NCBI GenBank assembly: GCA_976226885.1
Contig: OZ320323.1
Coordinates: 52,142,001-52,206,000 of the forward strand
Source of the DNA: Iphione sp. A-MEVVRFRX5
Taxonomy: Eukaryota
Length of the DNA: 64,000 nt
Direction of reading: 5' to 3'
Shown: positions 12,581-26,363 of the stretch, in pieces
Layout: every line of letters begins with the position of its first letter
Position numbering within the stretch: position 1 is the stretch's first letter
Made by a program: the position numbers and the translations under genes
Notes under the pieces: generated by a model
Seen by the model: the letters and a program-made list of their open reading frames with translations, nothing else
Told to the model about the DNA's origin: nothing
The model's database searches: none

Positions 12581-15039
12581 ACCTAAGTATGAGTTACTAG
12601 GGTAAATACATGCATCCCATTATAGGTGTAGATATGAGTTTCGTACATGAGATAAGGCCAGGTATCTTTAAGCTGGACTAATGTACTGAAGGTAACCTCA
12701 GTTTAATAGGCTGAATAATGCCCCGAAGTGCTCCACGTTTTATTAAGTTTAATACAAGGATGACGTAATGAAAATATACCTACTCAGTGTTTGGGATACT
12801 TGCAGTTTCATACAGAAGGCAAGGCTGCATCCCTCACTGCTATTTAACGTTCCTTCGTACGATTGTAACCACCATACAGGCGTTTCTGCTTCTCTTGTTC
12901 AAAGCCAATATAATCCCGTCTAAATTCTTAAATGTGGTGTTCGTTCACTTTAAAGCTACAGACAAGAGTAATGTTGTTTACCGCGATGAAGGAAAGGCGC
13001 CCAAAGTAAAATTCGTTATTTAATTATATCCCGGGGAGAATAAAGAACTCGTTTTTGTTTTAATTATCCTTGCCACGTCGCCGAACTGTTACTAAATCAA
13101 ATCAATGACCGTTTAATGAGACTCAAGTCTGGATTTTAAATGAGGAAATTTTCAAAAATTGTTTGACGCTTAGGTTAATGAACATCCCCAATATTCATCA
13201 CAACGTTTGATTTTCGTCAGTGGGAATAACAATTTTGAACATTCAAAGAAGAGTTTGTCTGCATTCTACTACATACACCGCCATTGGGACCCTGGCGTCT
13301 CATTGGTGTAAACCTACCGGGAAATGCAGACGACAATCGCCACCTCGCCTCGTAGAAAGGCGATTTGTCTGTCACAAATAGAACCGCCATTGATTATTTA
13401 TAACCCCTTCGAAAACAGTTCAAGGTCATCCATCAGGACTAGCGTGCCCGACCAGCGACACCCGTCCTCGAGGTCGACGACGGAAATACAAGGCACCAGG
13501 AGGAGAGCAGGCCGCGTGCCAGGGGAAGGGTACCAGGAGGAAATGGGAGAATGGGAAGTAAGCAGGCGAATCATTGTCGCGCAGATGACATCGATCTGGT
13601 CCGGACAATGGCCGCTGTTCTGACGGGTCCCCATGCCTGAAGATGGAGCCATGCTAATCGGGTCACCGCTCCCTCGGTTATCGCCGGTAAATCCCATTAG
13701 CCGCTTTGACCTAACGTGATCAGCGGGGGGGGGGGTCGGCAAGGGGGGGGGGGCATTCCGCAGGGGGCAGTTGTTCGTATTGGAAAATGATGGCCTCGTA
13801 TCAGTGGTGGAGGTGACCAATCGGTTAGGAGGAACATGGGTCGGTTCGTTGGCGGTTAGGTTGTGGATGAGTTCATGTAGAGGGGGGGGGGCGGGAAGAG
13901 CACTTCGACAGATGACAGGGTCATGTCATGTTTGACACACCGTCACTGCTAAGCAACATGAAGCTCACCTGACCCTTCATCCCGGTCCGGTCAAGGTCAC
14001 GTGACTGTCCCGTGGGTGGGAAGTGGATAGAGTCACATCCCATCCTACCTGAATGTCTTTTTATGGCAGCCTCTCTTAGCGTGTGAATGTTGACTTCAGC
14101 TCATATGATCCCTTTATGCTTGTATAGACCACTTCACTCCATGACCAACTCCAACTGCAACCAACTCATACTCTGATGAACCCAGTTCAGGAGCAACTCA
14201 GTTCAAGAGAGCTTCACTTAACGACGAATTCACTCTGCCACTTAACCGCCTCCGTCACCGGCTTGTGCCATGACCTTTAGGTACCATCATATCTCCAGCG
14301 CCCATCATGTTTCTTGCGTACACATGTATTTTTACTGAATTGTCTTTTAAAATAAACTATTCATTGTCCTATACCTCTATTCCAAGTCTCTCCTTTTCTA
14401 TCTCCCCACCCCACCCCCACCCCATCCCACACTCTCCCTTGTATTCCTGTGCATCTCTCGCACAAATCCTACCGACGTACATTTGGGCGTAGTGACCTTT
14501 CAAGGTGACTTGTCCACGCCAGGGGCACGCTTCCCCAAGGAGCCCTAACCTTCGCCATCCTTGTGAGCAGCTCTCCAGGGGCTCGTCGGCCATTCTCTCA
14601 GTCACTCGCCCACTTACTCACTCATCAGGCCACACCTACGACCGCGCGCTCAACTCCCGCAATCAGGGGTCACGTGAACAGTGATTGATCTCTCCACGTG
14701 TAGGGGGCGCTGTTGTAATTACACCACCTGATCCATTAACGTCGTTTATCACCACTAGGTGGTCGATAATAACCCGTTTCCATGATGGATGAAATTATCA
14801 ACTGACCTTGGAGGACGGCGTAAATGGGAAGTTCAAAGGTCAGCTGTTATCTACAAACTACAGCAAATCTCTTCTTTATAGTTATTTCCCCGGATGAGTG
14901 ATTTTGTTGGTTGTTTTTCGGTCAAGGTTGACATCTGGATGCTGCTGGTTAATGCTTTCAACCCGATGTCTTTGTTAGCTTATACTATGGTACTTCTGCG
15001 TGGCATGTTAGTTCTATACAACATTTAGAAGTAAAAAAT

Positions 15040-15365
15040 ATATATGGCTCCAGTAACATGCTGTGGAGATATATAGGGTCGGTCAGTAAAAGTAAATTTT
15101 ATATTTGTCTTTTTTCAATGTTGCTTCATGCTGATTGGAAGAAATGTGTATGGTTATATCACTTCTGCTCCTTCAATTTTAATGAAACGTATATCAAATG
15201 AACGCTAGTATCCCAAAGGAACAAAATGGTGTTATACTTAGTTTCTATCATTATTCTGTCTGAACTTATTTTTTAAAAAGTAAAAAATAAAAAAATCACC
15301 ACTGGCTCTAATGTAGGGTAAGTTAGGTTACCAGAAACACAGATCCTTTTTGTTTAGACCTTCAT
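15040..15365 (+). mobile_element. Second copy of the same dispersed repeat, inverted
   Basis: agtaacatgctg...agggtcggtcagta and ggttaccagaaacacagatcctttttgtt match the reverse complement of 12255-12580. Confidence 0.7.
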
Positions 15366-16379
15366 ATAAATACACACAGTACATTTCTCTGTAAGCGACA
15401 CATGTATGATACATGTAGTCACGTACAGGTGTATGTTGCATAAAAAAAATCAGTACCAAGTTTTTTTCACTGCTGCAGAAAAGTGGTGGAAAATTAAAAT
15501 AATTAAGTGAAAAGATAAGAGCAAATGCGGTTATTTCTTATCAAGAGAAACATCTTTCCGCTCGGTTTGGAATATTTCACTGCTTCTTATGTGACTTCAT
15601 TTGATATATTTTTTGCCCATTAATTTTCTTCCTACGGGTAATTTCTACTGTAAATGCACGACGATTAGGGCTAATAAACTTTCTTAATTATGTGTACTTT
15701 ATTACGGTACTAAAAAAAGCCAATATTCTAAATGAGTTGCAGGCAGAAAACGGAACCCCTTGCAGCCTGGAATCCCTCCTTAATCAGAGCCGAAGATAAC
15801 GATAAAAGAGCTGCATTTTCTTCTAAGCCAGTACTCCTTGCGTGGTTTTTTAGGCAGCCATTTTCCAACCAAGTAAAACCGAACGTCAGATTTCAAAAAG
15901 GTGTTTTCTATTATTTTTTTCGCAAATCCCATGTCGTTAATGATAATTCGAGAAGCTTTCGGTTTCTCGGGACGCGGACGAAGAAGGCAGTGGGCAGCCT
16001 TTGTTTGCATTGTTCTGTTGGACCAGTTTCGGCTTCCTGCTACACTTTTACTGTTTCTCCCCTCTCTTGTTGACGACACTTTTCTTTCTTGGTAAAATAC
16101 GGTTCTCTTCTTTTTTTTACACGGGAACAAAGGCAGAAGGTTTCGGATTTTAAAACAGCTGCAGTTGTCGGTCTTTTCTGTTTAATTTCCTTACTCTTCG
16201 GGTGACACTCTGCCTGTCCCTGTCTGTCTGTCTGTCTGTCTGTCTGCCTTCTCTACCTGTCTCTGCATTAGGCCCGGTACCCATGTACACGTGTTTTATT
16301 CCGCACTGCGTGTGAAGTCCGGAAAATGAGCTTTTTTCCGCACAACCACGGACACCCGGTTTCTTTGTGTACAGATTTT

Positions 16380-16458
16380 AGAGAGAGAGAGAGAGACAGA
16401 GAGAGGGAGAGAGAGAGAGGGAGAGAGAGAGAGGGAGAGAGAGGGAGAGAGAGAGAGA
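16380..16458. repeat. (GA)n microsatellite
   Basis: Direct reading. Confidence 0.95.
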
Positions 16459-16498
16459 TTTTTCTTATTTTCTGTGGATTGTGTGGTTTCTAATGAAT

Positions 16499-16700
16499 GT
16501 TGAGACACATTGGTTGAAATTGTGCAGTTTTTAATGGAGGTTGAGACATATCGGTCAAAATTGTACGGTTTTTTTATGGAGGTTGAGACATATTGGTCAA
16601 AATTGTGCAGTTTTTAATGAAGGTTGTGACATATCAGTTGAAATTGTGCAGTTTTTAATGGAGGTTGAGACATATTGGTCGTAATTGTGTGGTTTTTATG
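16499..16700. repeat. 41-bp tandem repeat, about 5 copies
   Basis: tgagac...aaattgtgcagtttttaatggagg units at 16501, 16542, 16584, 16625 and 16666. Confidence 0.9.
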
Positions 16701-18124
16701 CAAATGATATGCAAAGTAAATAATTTTTCACAACATCTGTCATATGACAGACAGTATCTGTCTCTCAATTCTACTCAATTCTAGTCTTTTCTAGATTTTT
16801 TCCCCGCACCACGCAGTCCGTGATGTGGGAAAAAACGGATACAAGGAAACCAGGCCTTACTTTCTCTGTCACCGCTGGTACTTAGCGTCACTGTTTATCT
16901 GCATGTTTTGGCTGTGATTGTATTTCTGTGTCTGGCAGTCCTACGCATAAATCCCCGTCTTCGTATCACTCCTCCTACTTCTCTGTTTGCATTACGAACA
17001 TCTTTCGCTTTGATAACACTCCTACCCATCTCTCCCCTCGTGTCTTTCTGTCCGCCTGTCCGTTTGACTCAGTCCCTGCAACATTTTACTATTTTAACAT
17101 ACATGCTTGAGCGCATGTACATGTACATGTGCATTGTATTGGTGAACTGATTTTACTCTGCTGATTGCTAGCTTCAGACAGGAGATACATTATGTTTAGC
17201 TGCTAGCAGAAGCCGAAAATGTCCGAGCAATATTTTTTTAAAAGAAAACCTTTATTTTAGTTTCATTATAGATTCAATGTTTAGAGTACTATCAAGAAGA
17301 ACTAACTTTTAAAAAAGGTTATTAAGATCCCATTCCAGAATGGATGATGAATTCTTGTTTACAATGCCAGCTTCCAAAGCTACTAAAATCCATAAATCAA
17401 CCATGTACATGTACATTTGGCCAGAATGACGGAACAATGTAAGTCCAGTAGTCAGCGATTCAACAGTCAGAGACGAGTTTGTCATGACAGTAAAAAGTAT
17501 ATATTTGGCATTATATGTTCAATCTCGTCCTTTAAATGTGTCATTTGTCTATTATTTCTACATAATTCTCCGACAGCTGCTTGTCATTCTCACCAGGCAC
17601 CTGCCACTGTCTTCAATATACACAGTTCCCCAAAATACGTGCTACGTCTCCGCTGTCAGAACCATCATCTCGGCGACAATAGAGTAAACGAGATCATTTC
17701 AAATAATCAAATCAGCAGGGAAATCAAATAATGCACATCATGGAATTAAAATAAATGAACCGACTTGATGATGATGACATGATGTCTTTCCGGACAGTAC
17801 GATGTCTGATGCAAGAAATGGGGAAACTTAAAACACAATACAACGTATACCATCTAGAGGGTTTATTCCATGGTATAAGTGGATCTAAAAACCGACTAAA
17901 TACATTGAAGCCCATTTCTCAGAACGGGTGTGTTTAAAAAGAATATATGCCAGGAAGTATGCATTTGGATGCACGAAACATGTACTGTAACATGTACATG
18001 TACTGGGGTGTGTATATGTGTGTGAAGGATCGAGTTAGGGAGTGAGCGAGAGAGGTAAGAGAGACAGACAGGCGGACAGAGACAGAGAAACATAGATACA
18101 GAGTTAGGGAGGGAGAGTAAGACA

Positions 18125-18130
<6 letters not shown>

Positions 18131-18194
<64 letters not shown>
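18131..18194. repeat. (GA)n microsatellite
   Basis: Direct reading. Confidence 0.97.
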
Positions 18195-18195
<1 letters not shown>

Positions 18196-19578
18196 AAGTC
18201 ATGGGAAAAGTGACACTGACAGAAACAGCAGTTCAAGTTCAATCCTTCATTTCACTTCTCACACTGCGAATAAGGGACAACTGAGGTCTTCGAGTGAAAA
18301 AAAAAATGAAAGGAACATTGTGAAGAAAAACTAGAAAGGAACAGATAATACAACAACAGCGAATGTAATGGACACATTATTTTGATCTCACCCTCTCTCT
18401 GTTTCTCTACCATGTCTGCCATTCATTAATGTAGCGTGAAAAGCACTTGAACCCTGTGGTCAGCACTCACTGTTTACTGTGGCCTGAAATTGCCACACAC
18501 CAGTTTTGTCTTGCACTCCCCTACCAGAAAGAATGTGTGAATCGAGTGCGATAGGTGCCTGTTCACCCTCATCTCTATTTCTTCATTATAATTAGATAGC
18601 ACGTTATTTAGCAGGGAAATTGTTACATTATTGTATTATGATGGGCATCTGGAATACTATTTGTCTCTGTTGAGAACAAAGCAGCCCAATTCAGCTACCC
18701 TGAGGCACCCCAAAGTCGATCCGAAAAGGCAAAAGGAATGATGGGGGGGTGGGGGTGGAACAGGGAGAATAAGACGTTGGGAAAGGAAGACATGTGCATT
18801 ACACAAAGTTACAAAAAGAGAGTCATTCACATCCCACTACACACATTACGGCTATGCAAACTGATAGTCTCACATTCTCTCGCGAGAAATCCGAAGTTTT
18901 GGACCATGCAGTCTACTTTTGTGCAACGTTTTACGTGTATTATGTAAATACAAAAGACAAGGTTGTCCATTTCAGGATTTCTGCATGATGGTGTGTTCCT
19001 CCATTGTATGGGGTGCTGCACTGAAATTTTCACGACATTTTCTGACACTTTGGGCTAACGGGGCCTTCCAACATCACAGTAAAAGTTTAGCGCCTTCTCT
19101 TTTGTGAATAGAGAAGACAGTTTTTTTTATCTTAAAGACATAAAGAAGTCGTCGTCTGCATCAAAACACCCCGCTAACATTCGCAAACGTCATCATGAAT
19201 CAAAATACAGATCACGCCGCATTAGCACGCACAAATATTGACCAATGGGAAGCCGTGCTTACCGCGACTGCGGATATCTTTCACCTGGATGTGACTATCT
19301 GAACTAATTCCTGTTTCCTTAACATCCTCTGTGGAAAATAGTTCAGGATGCATGTTTTTCCATTTAAATATTTGTCTTCATGTTTTCCTTTTCGTTATTC
19401 CGCGTGTCTCACAAGAGTTTTAAACCAGTTTTTATAGGGAAAACTGGAAACTGTCAACATGACCAGGCACAAAATAAAAAAGTGACGTCACACCTACCGC
19501 TAACATAACACTAAAGGGAAACATTGCCAACCACAACCATCAAAATAAAGTTCGCAATTTAAACCTAGTATCTGTCAG

Positions 19579-19738
19579 CATGCCCGTAGCCAAGGGGGTA
19601 TCGGGGGTATCGTCCGATACCCCCCAGAGCTAGTAATATCTATTGGGCTTTATAGAGATTGAAAAAATATAGTTCCACCCCTGTGCTGTTGGGGTTATAG
19701 GACGATACCCCCAAGAAAACTTCCTGGCTACGGGCCTG
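19579..19738. mobile_element. 160-bp MITE with terminal inverted repeats and a 7-bp direct flank
   Basis: TIR ca(t/g)gcccgtagcca / tggctacgggcctg. CTGTCAG is present on both sides (19572-19578 and 19739-19745). Confidence 0.85.
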
Positions 19739-19834
19739 CTGTCAGATACCATGACTTCATCGTCCGGTACTACAGGGTGCAGTATCGGTGATAGACTTTC
19801 ACAGTGATTCCTATATTTGAAATCTTTACATTTA

Positions 19835-20162
19835 CAGGCCCTGTAGCCAGGGGGGTATCGGGGGTATCGTCCGATACCCCCCAAAAGAGCCAGGCATATA
19901 TAGCCAAGAGTGTATCATGAGAAAGAGGGAAGGGGGGGGGGTATCTGAAAGTAGAAAGGCGGAACTCCTGGCGAGCATTCTGGAGCAGAGTATTTTACTA
20001 TGTTTCTACCACTATTACTACATCTTTATTCCATTTCCAGTATAATTATTACATTTCTACCACTACAGGTAGGTCTCTGGGTGGGACAGATGGGTCTTTG
20101 TCGGGGGAGGTGGGGAGGGGGTATCAGACAACACCCCCAATACCCCCTTGGCTACGGGCCTG
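19835..20162. mobile_element. Related MITE ends (caggccctgtagccagg ... ttggctacgggcctg)
   Basis: Same TIR family and the same GGGGTATCGtcCGATACCCC internal hairpin. No TSD found. Confidence 0.7.
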
Positions 20163-23100
20163 ATATGATGCGTCATGTTTCTATTTTGTAACGTCATATT
20201 TGCCCGTAATAACCACAGGCCTAGCTCACAATACGTATGATTGTTTTGACAACATAGGAAGCAACCAGTACGCAAAATAAGACAGTCTCACACAGCTATA
20301 TATAAATGGTCAGTACTAACAACAGAAAAATTCACATGGGTTTTATTTGAAATAAATCACACTGAAAGTTTTGTGAGAGACATCAAAATATTTAATATGT
20401 ATATTGCCAATTATTTAGCACTCGCGATGATACTAATAACAATGCATGTTTGTCTCTAATGCTGCTATGTAACTAAGATCAGGGTACCAGAATGTGATTG
20501 ACTTCAAGGGCATCTTTATCGAAAATATACTTGTTACTATGATCAATATTGATTGCAAAACTTATGTCCGAAATGTGTATCTTGTTTTAAGCCCTGGCAA
20601 ATTAGGCAGGTGAAGTAAAAGCATAAAAGCCACAGTGTTAAGACTATGGTGGATAAAGAAAGGAACTACCCTGCAGTGTAATAAGACAAGCAGTTAGTGT
20701 ATCGCTAGTGTTGCTTTGGTGGCTGGTAACTGCAGTGAATCTTTACAAACTGATATGTGGGATGAAATTTGTAATGTGAAACAACCTCGTTAGGTGTACC
20801 TTGTATTATGCCCTTGCAATACGGCCAAGGTAAATAAAATATTTTCAAAAAGGTGTAATGTGAGTCCGTAAAGTAATAACCACGATTTTTTTTAAAGATT
20901 TCTGTCAACACTTCTGTCAAACTACCCCGTGTGCTGGTACCGTGTGCCGCTAACGTGCGTGAGTTGCTCATTAACATAAAAGCTTTGACTTTGGTCAACG
21001 CTACCGCCGCGCGACAATTAAAAAATTAGCATTACGCAATTTCATAAAAGGTCACCTCAACAAAAGAACGCGCATTGATGTCACCTCACACGCGGTAAAA
21101 ATACACAACTCCACTCGGTTCTATTTTGATGTCAGACTTCCGATTTATTGCCTATAGTTCCCGATTTATGGCGGAAGTACCCTTTAATTCCCTCATCACG
21201 TGAGAAGCGGTTATCTTTATTGGTGCGGTTCTTAAAATCAGCGGCCGTAAAAAAAACCCTCGATGATGTTTCCCAATAAAACCATAGAGGGCGCGCTGCT
21301 CCTACTTTCCCCGTCGTTCAATATCACACCGATCCCATTTTCATATTTGAAGCAGATAATATGGACATTTTGACGTTGGGTTTTTGACACATCACACAGG
21401 ATAAATGTAATATTCCCTGTGTTTTATTTCACCCAGCACGATGAAACTGATGTTCATGTACGTACGAGATAGAACAATATTTGCAGTGTATATAAAATGA
21501 CTATTATAGTGAAGACAGACTCGTCTCATTGTATTAATTTTGTGTATATCGTTTGAAGCCCTGGCGCATTTGCAGCCAAGTTAAATAAAGATAGGCCTAT
21601 AAAAATGTATGTATATGTACATAGACAAATCATTGGATACATGCAAATTGTAGACAGTCCGGGCACCATTCGGACTGCCAGGTAAAATAACAGTAAAAAA
21701 CACTCAAACCTTCGTTTTGTGCCGTGTTTATCATTGAATACGTACGTACCATAAACTGTGTCTATAATCTAACCCCCCTCCCCCCCGGGTATCGGACATC
21801 GCCTGTCACCAACAAAAGACATCGGCTGCATGGATTCTGATAACTATTGAACAAAAATGAATAAGAAAAACAAAAAAGCAAACAATTCACGGGAAGAATT
21901 TGACAGTGTCTGTTGAAATAAAGAATCTGAAATCAGTCAAGGAGGAGGCTCAGAACTTGATCTTTCATGGGATGAGAGGGGGGTCCTTCTTGGTCCTTTA
22001 TTATTTATACAATTATGTTACTACAGACTCCTGATGTCCCCCAGACCCAGTTATAACCCCCACAAAGATTTAAAATATCATATTTAACCTGTATACTTAC
22101 TACAAAAAAACAGGCTATCCCGGAGAATACATTCGGGTACATCTATTGGCGGAATCAGTCAAATACATTGGTGGCTAACCTTTCGGGTATACAACCCTCA
22201 GAAGCCTCTCTAAAATTCAGTCAGTCGAATACTTTAATTCAACATGGACCGTTCACTGTTGTTAAATGACTCCGTTAGGTTGGGCACCCTGTTTCTTCAA
22301 TGTGCATGTGTTGTTCATCAGTAATTTGCTTCTAACATGACTAAGGAGATGCATGTATACACACCAGAGAGCAGCCAAGGCTCGTGCTTCAAGTCTAAAC
22401 TTGTTGTCAAAGAGCAGACCTGACAACTGGGATCTTTCTTCAGAACTGAGATTCTAAGGCCTCTTAGTTATCTTCTTCTTCTCGGAGATGACCAAAAGAA
22501 AGAAAAAGAGAGGTAGATTTTCAAACTGAAAGAACGAGACANNNNNNNNNNNNNNNNNNNNNNNNNNNNNNNNNNNNNNNNNNNNNNNNNNNNNNNNNNN
22601 NNNNNNNNNNNNNNNNNNNNNNNNNNNNNNNNNNNNNNNNNNNNNNNNNNNNNNNNNNNNNNNNNNNNNNNNNNNNNNNNNNNNNNNNNNNNNNNNNNNN
22701 NNNNNNNNNNNNNNNNNNNNNNNNNACCCCTGTATTCTGTATCTCTATGTCTCCACCTTCCTCTGCCGGTTTCTTTATTCTGTGTGCTCACTGTAATTTT
22801 GTCTGATAACTACTATGCCTTCCAAATAGAATCTGTTAAATCAATATTAGAGGCCAGTAGAATGAATGGGAAGCGGGTATTTTTTTGGCTCGAGACTAAC
22901 TCTTCAATAATTACAATTCTTTATTGAAATGAATCGATTGGTATTTGGTAGTGTTTTCTTTCATTCTGACGTTGGACAATGGAGTTCACATGACGCATGA
23001 AAATCGTGCAGATTCCTCATAGAATTCCGCCTTCTGATATTCAAGTGTCGCTCAACATTAGGCCCGTTCGGTCGAACCCATGCAGCGAGTTACGGAGTCT

Positions 23101-25340
23101 TTCAGACATGTGATCTGTAATTCATCAAAATGACGTTGAATTCACTGAGTGCCAACACATTGTTAGAGTGAATGAAGACCATCGAATAAAACGGAATCCT
23201 TACATAAAAAAAAGATAAAAGGAAAAGCGATACATTGTTAGAAATAGTTTGAGCTGTGGACGGGTTCCTGATATCAGTATTAAACTTACGATTAGGACCT
23301 CACTTTCACCTCGTCTGTGAATTACACCTGATTGCTACACAGGCGTGTCAGTTAAGAGCATGTGACGGGGGGGGGGGCTAGGGGTACATGTGTATCTCTT
23401 ACATCTGGTCCCTAAACTGCTGTGATTAGACGGACAAATCGTCTTCCTAACGTCCCTTTCTCTTGTCCGGGATTATTTCTTTCCGCCAATTTATTTGTTT
23501 TTTATCAATTAAACACCAACAAACATCACAGCGATGAGCGCCCCCTCCCCCCCCCCCTTCAACGCTTTAACTGCCTGCTGGTTGCCGCTGACCTGCGCTG
23601 GTCCCCAACGGATGAGGAGGATTAGTGATTTGAACATTTCTTGAAAGGCCCAGGGAAAGCTGCAGATTCCAGGATTTGTTTCAAATTATTACCGCTATCA
23701 ACCCCACAGTGCTTCTTATCGCCAGAGTGTCTTGTATATTGACATCTCTTATCTTTATTATCTGCTTCTTGACGCGCACCCTCCGAGGGTGATTGCGACC
23801 CTGGATATCCAGGGGTGACCGTCTAAGGATATCTTTTTTTTTTGGTCTGTTACACAATGTAATCGAAGTAAAGAAATTCGATTCGGCTAAATTTGCCGAG
23901 TTTAATTTGAAGTCTCCCCTCACAGCCTGGTGCCCCTTCCGCCCACGTTGCCGTCTCACGAATTCCTCGACACACATGATCACACGTGGAATCGCTTCTT
24001 GGAAACCAACGTGGAAAGAATAAGGAGAGCATTGTGTTTATTTTCCTCGGAGAAGAGCAGCGTAAAGGACAAAGACTATACAAAATGCCTTAACGCGTCT
24101 ATGTATCGAGCCTACAAATAAGAATGCATAATCGATATACATATATATATATATACATGTACATATATATGTATAACATTTGGGGTCAACCGCTGCCAGC
24201 TGTCTCTCTCATGATCTTATTATTACACTCTCGGAGTTACACTAACGAATAACTGCGCATAAGATGAAAAGATCCAATAGAATATCGCGGAAGAGTTCAT
24301 CTCGACGGGTTTGGTACCACAGCTATCTGAAAATGAGCATGAAAGTGATAGCTTATATTTTATACAATTAAAATAGTGTGAGAAAAATCAGAATGGTGTC
24401 AAAAAAAGATGACTGCTTGTATGGTGCTTTCTTTATCAGTTAGGTCAAATCCACATTAATTGGAAAGGTAAATTGAAGAAAAAACCTTGATGGTAGGTAA
24501 TGCCTGCATGAGGTGCGATCTAGCCAGACCCACACGGACTAATCTTGGTCTGCTTACTAGTTGTAAACTATGAACTGATTCACGAACACTCGTGTTATGT
24601 GTGACATGTTCACCCTTTTTGCCTTAAATTGCTTTATGTTGCATTCTAGAATGTTAAACTTCTAAGCTTTATGCAGATTGAACAATACATTTAATCACCT
24701 AGCTATCAGTGTCATGAAGAGATGGCTAGTCAATTTTTCAATATCACATTACATTCAGTTACAAACAAATTATTCTGTGTGTCTTGTGCTATAAGAAAAG
24801 AAAATCCAATATCGTAGTATTGCTCCAATATCCCAGTCGCACAACTTTTGCACTTTCATTAGAAGTAATACTTTGGTGAGTATATTCCATTCTCCCTCTC
24901 CCCCGTCCCTCCACCCCCCCCCCCGCCGGGAGTTCTGGTGTCATGTCAGTCAGGTGTGTTCTTTACGTACATACCCCTTCCTCCTCCCTCCCTTCTCTCG
25001 ATACGTCTCCATGACTGTTATCAGTTCTTACCCGTGGATCACGTGACACCTCCATGTAAGGAGAGTTGTCACCTTTACGCTTTGCGCGCCCACCCCCCTT
25101 CCACACACACACAGACCCACCCCCTACTAATTGCCCTGGCGTGGGTCAGAGCTGGCCGGGCGCCTTCCCTTAGATCCCACCCCACCCCGCTCCGCAGGTT
25201 AATTACAGGTGTTATCACCTGGCTCAGGTAGTGGTTTCGCGCACACCCCCCATCCCATCCCCCCACTCGCGCGCCACCTATCGGCCGGCCCACCCACCCT
25301 GGAGGAGAGAAGTCACCCTCACAGGGAGACGCTGTGGCCC

Positions 25341-25551
25341 GACCCCCTAGCGGTAGCGCCCCCTAGCAGTAGAGGCGCTCCTCTTCGCGGTCACCACCAA
25401 AGCCAGACGCGTTCCCCGACCCCTTGATGGTGGCGTCCGACGCCCAAAGACGCGCGGGGGCCAACGCCCCCCAGTGGAGGAGGTCCCCACACACATGCAC
25501 ACAGTCGTAAGGAAAGGTTCCCAGGACGAATCGGCTAACGCCCTCTAGTGG
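25341..25551 (-). promoter_or_regulatory. Cluster of CTCF-like motifs in the proximal promoter
   Basis: gaccccctagcgg (25341), gcgccccctagcag (25356), cgccccccagtgg (25465) and cgccctctagtgg (25539) match the reverse CTCF core GCGCCMYCTAGYGG. Confidence 0.5.
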
Positions 25552-25634
25552 AGGAGGAGGAGGAGGTCCTGCAACTAGCAAGGACAGGTGACCAGGGAGC
25601 CGGAGTGACCTGTTCGGGGGGTGGACAGGTGGGG

Positions 25635-25675
25635 TATATAGAGAGGTGCGCAGGAGGTAGCTGACCATATCAGTC
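25635..25675 (+). promoter_or_regulatory. TATA box and Inr of the homeobox gene
   Basis: TATATAGA at 25635-25642, with CA and TCAGTC Inr-like sequences at 25666-25675. No ATG lies between these and 25836. Confidence 0.7.
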
Positions 25676-25835
25676 GCAGTTCCAGCGCCGTAGACAGATC
25701 AACAGACACGAACCCGACCATCTTCAACCCCGAGTAAATCTAAATCCCCCAGCGGATACCTCCGACCTTGCACCCCCGTGTCGGGCAGACGACATTCACC
25801 ACCAATCCCGCACCCGTGGAACGCTCGAGGGAAAG

Positions 25836-25905
25836 ATGGCGGACATGTTCTACTTCACTAAATCCAACAGCCACCAGATGGCAGGCAACATGCAGCGACG
25901 AGATG
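25836..25905 (+). CDS. PRD-class homeobox gene, coding exon 1 (MADMFYFTKSNSHQMAGNMQRRD-G)
   Basis: First ATG after the TATA/Inr (gaaagATGGCG). Donor G|GTATGC at 25906, phase 1, matches the exon 2 acceptor phase. Confidence 0.8.
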
Positions 25906-26363
25906 GTATGCGACATCAGTCAATATAAGTTAACCTCCATCAATAATGCTTGCCTCATATCTGACATATGTTTTGTAAATAGGTGTTCACTAAATTGAAT
26001 CATAGCAAACCCTGTTATTGTTAACAACTATTGTATATATATAAACAGTCTTAAGTAAGTCAATTGCGAAACATTGTACTTAGTCCTGGTACCATTTCCT
26101 GGTTAAATAGAAGTTTCAAAAAAGGATCGGTGCAACTCAGAGGAAGTGTCAAGCTATCATGTCAGCTATCGATGCATCTTCAGTACAACAGAAGCGGTCA
26201 ATTAATTTTGTGAATTAAATCACGTGAGGATGAGCGTTGATTGACTGTTGGGCAGAAATCGTAGATGATTCTGTGTAAGCCCTATCAACTTGTTACTCCA
26301 GTATGTAGTATGACACACCAAACCCGGTATCACCCTTTATGGTCTCCCCTCCCCCCTCCACAG

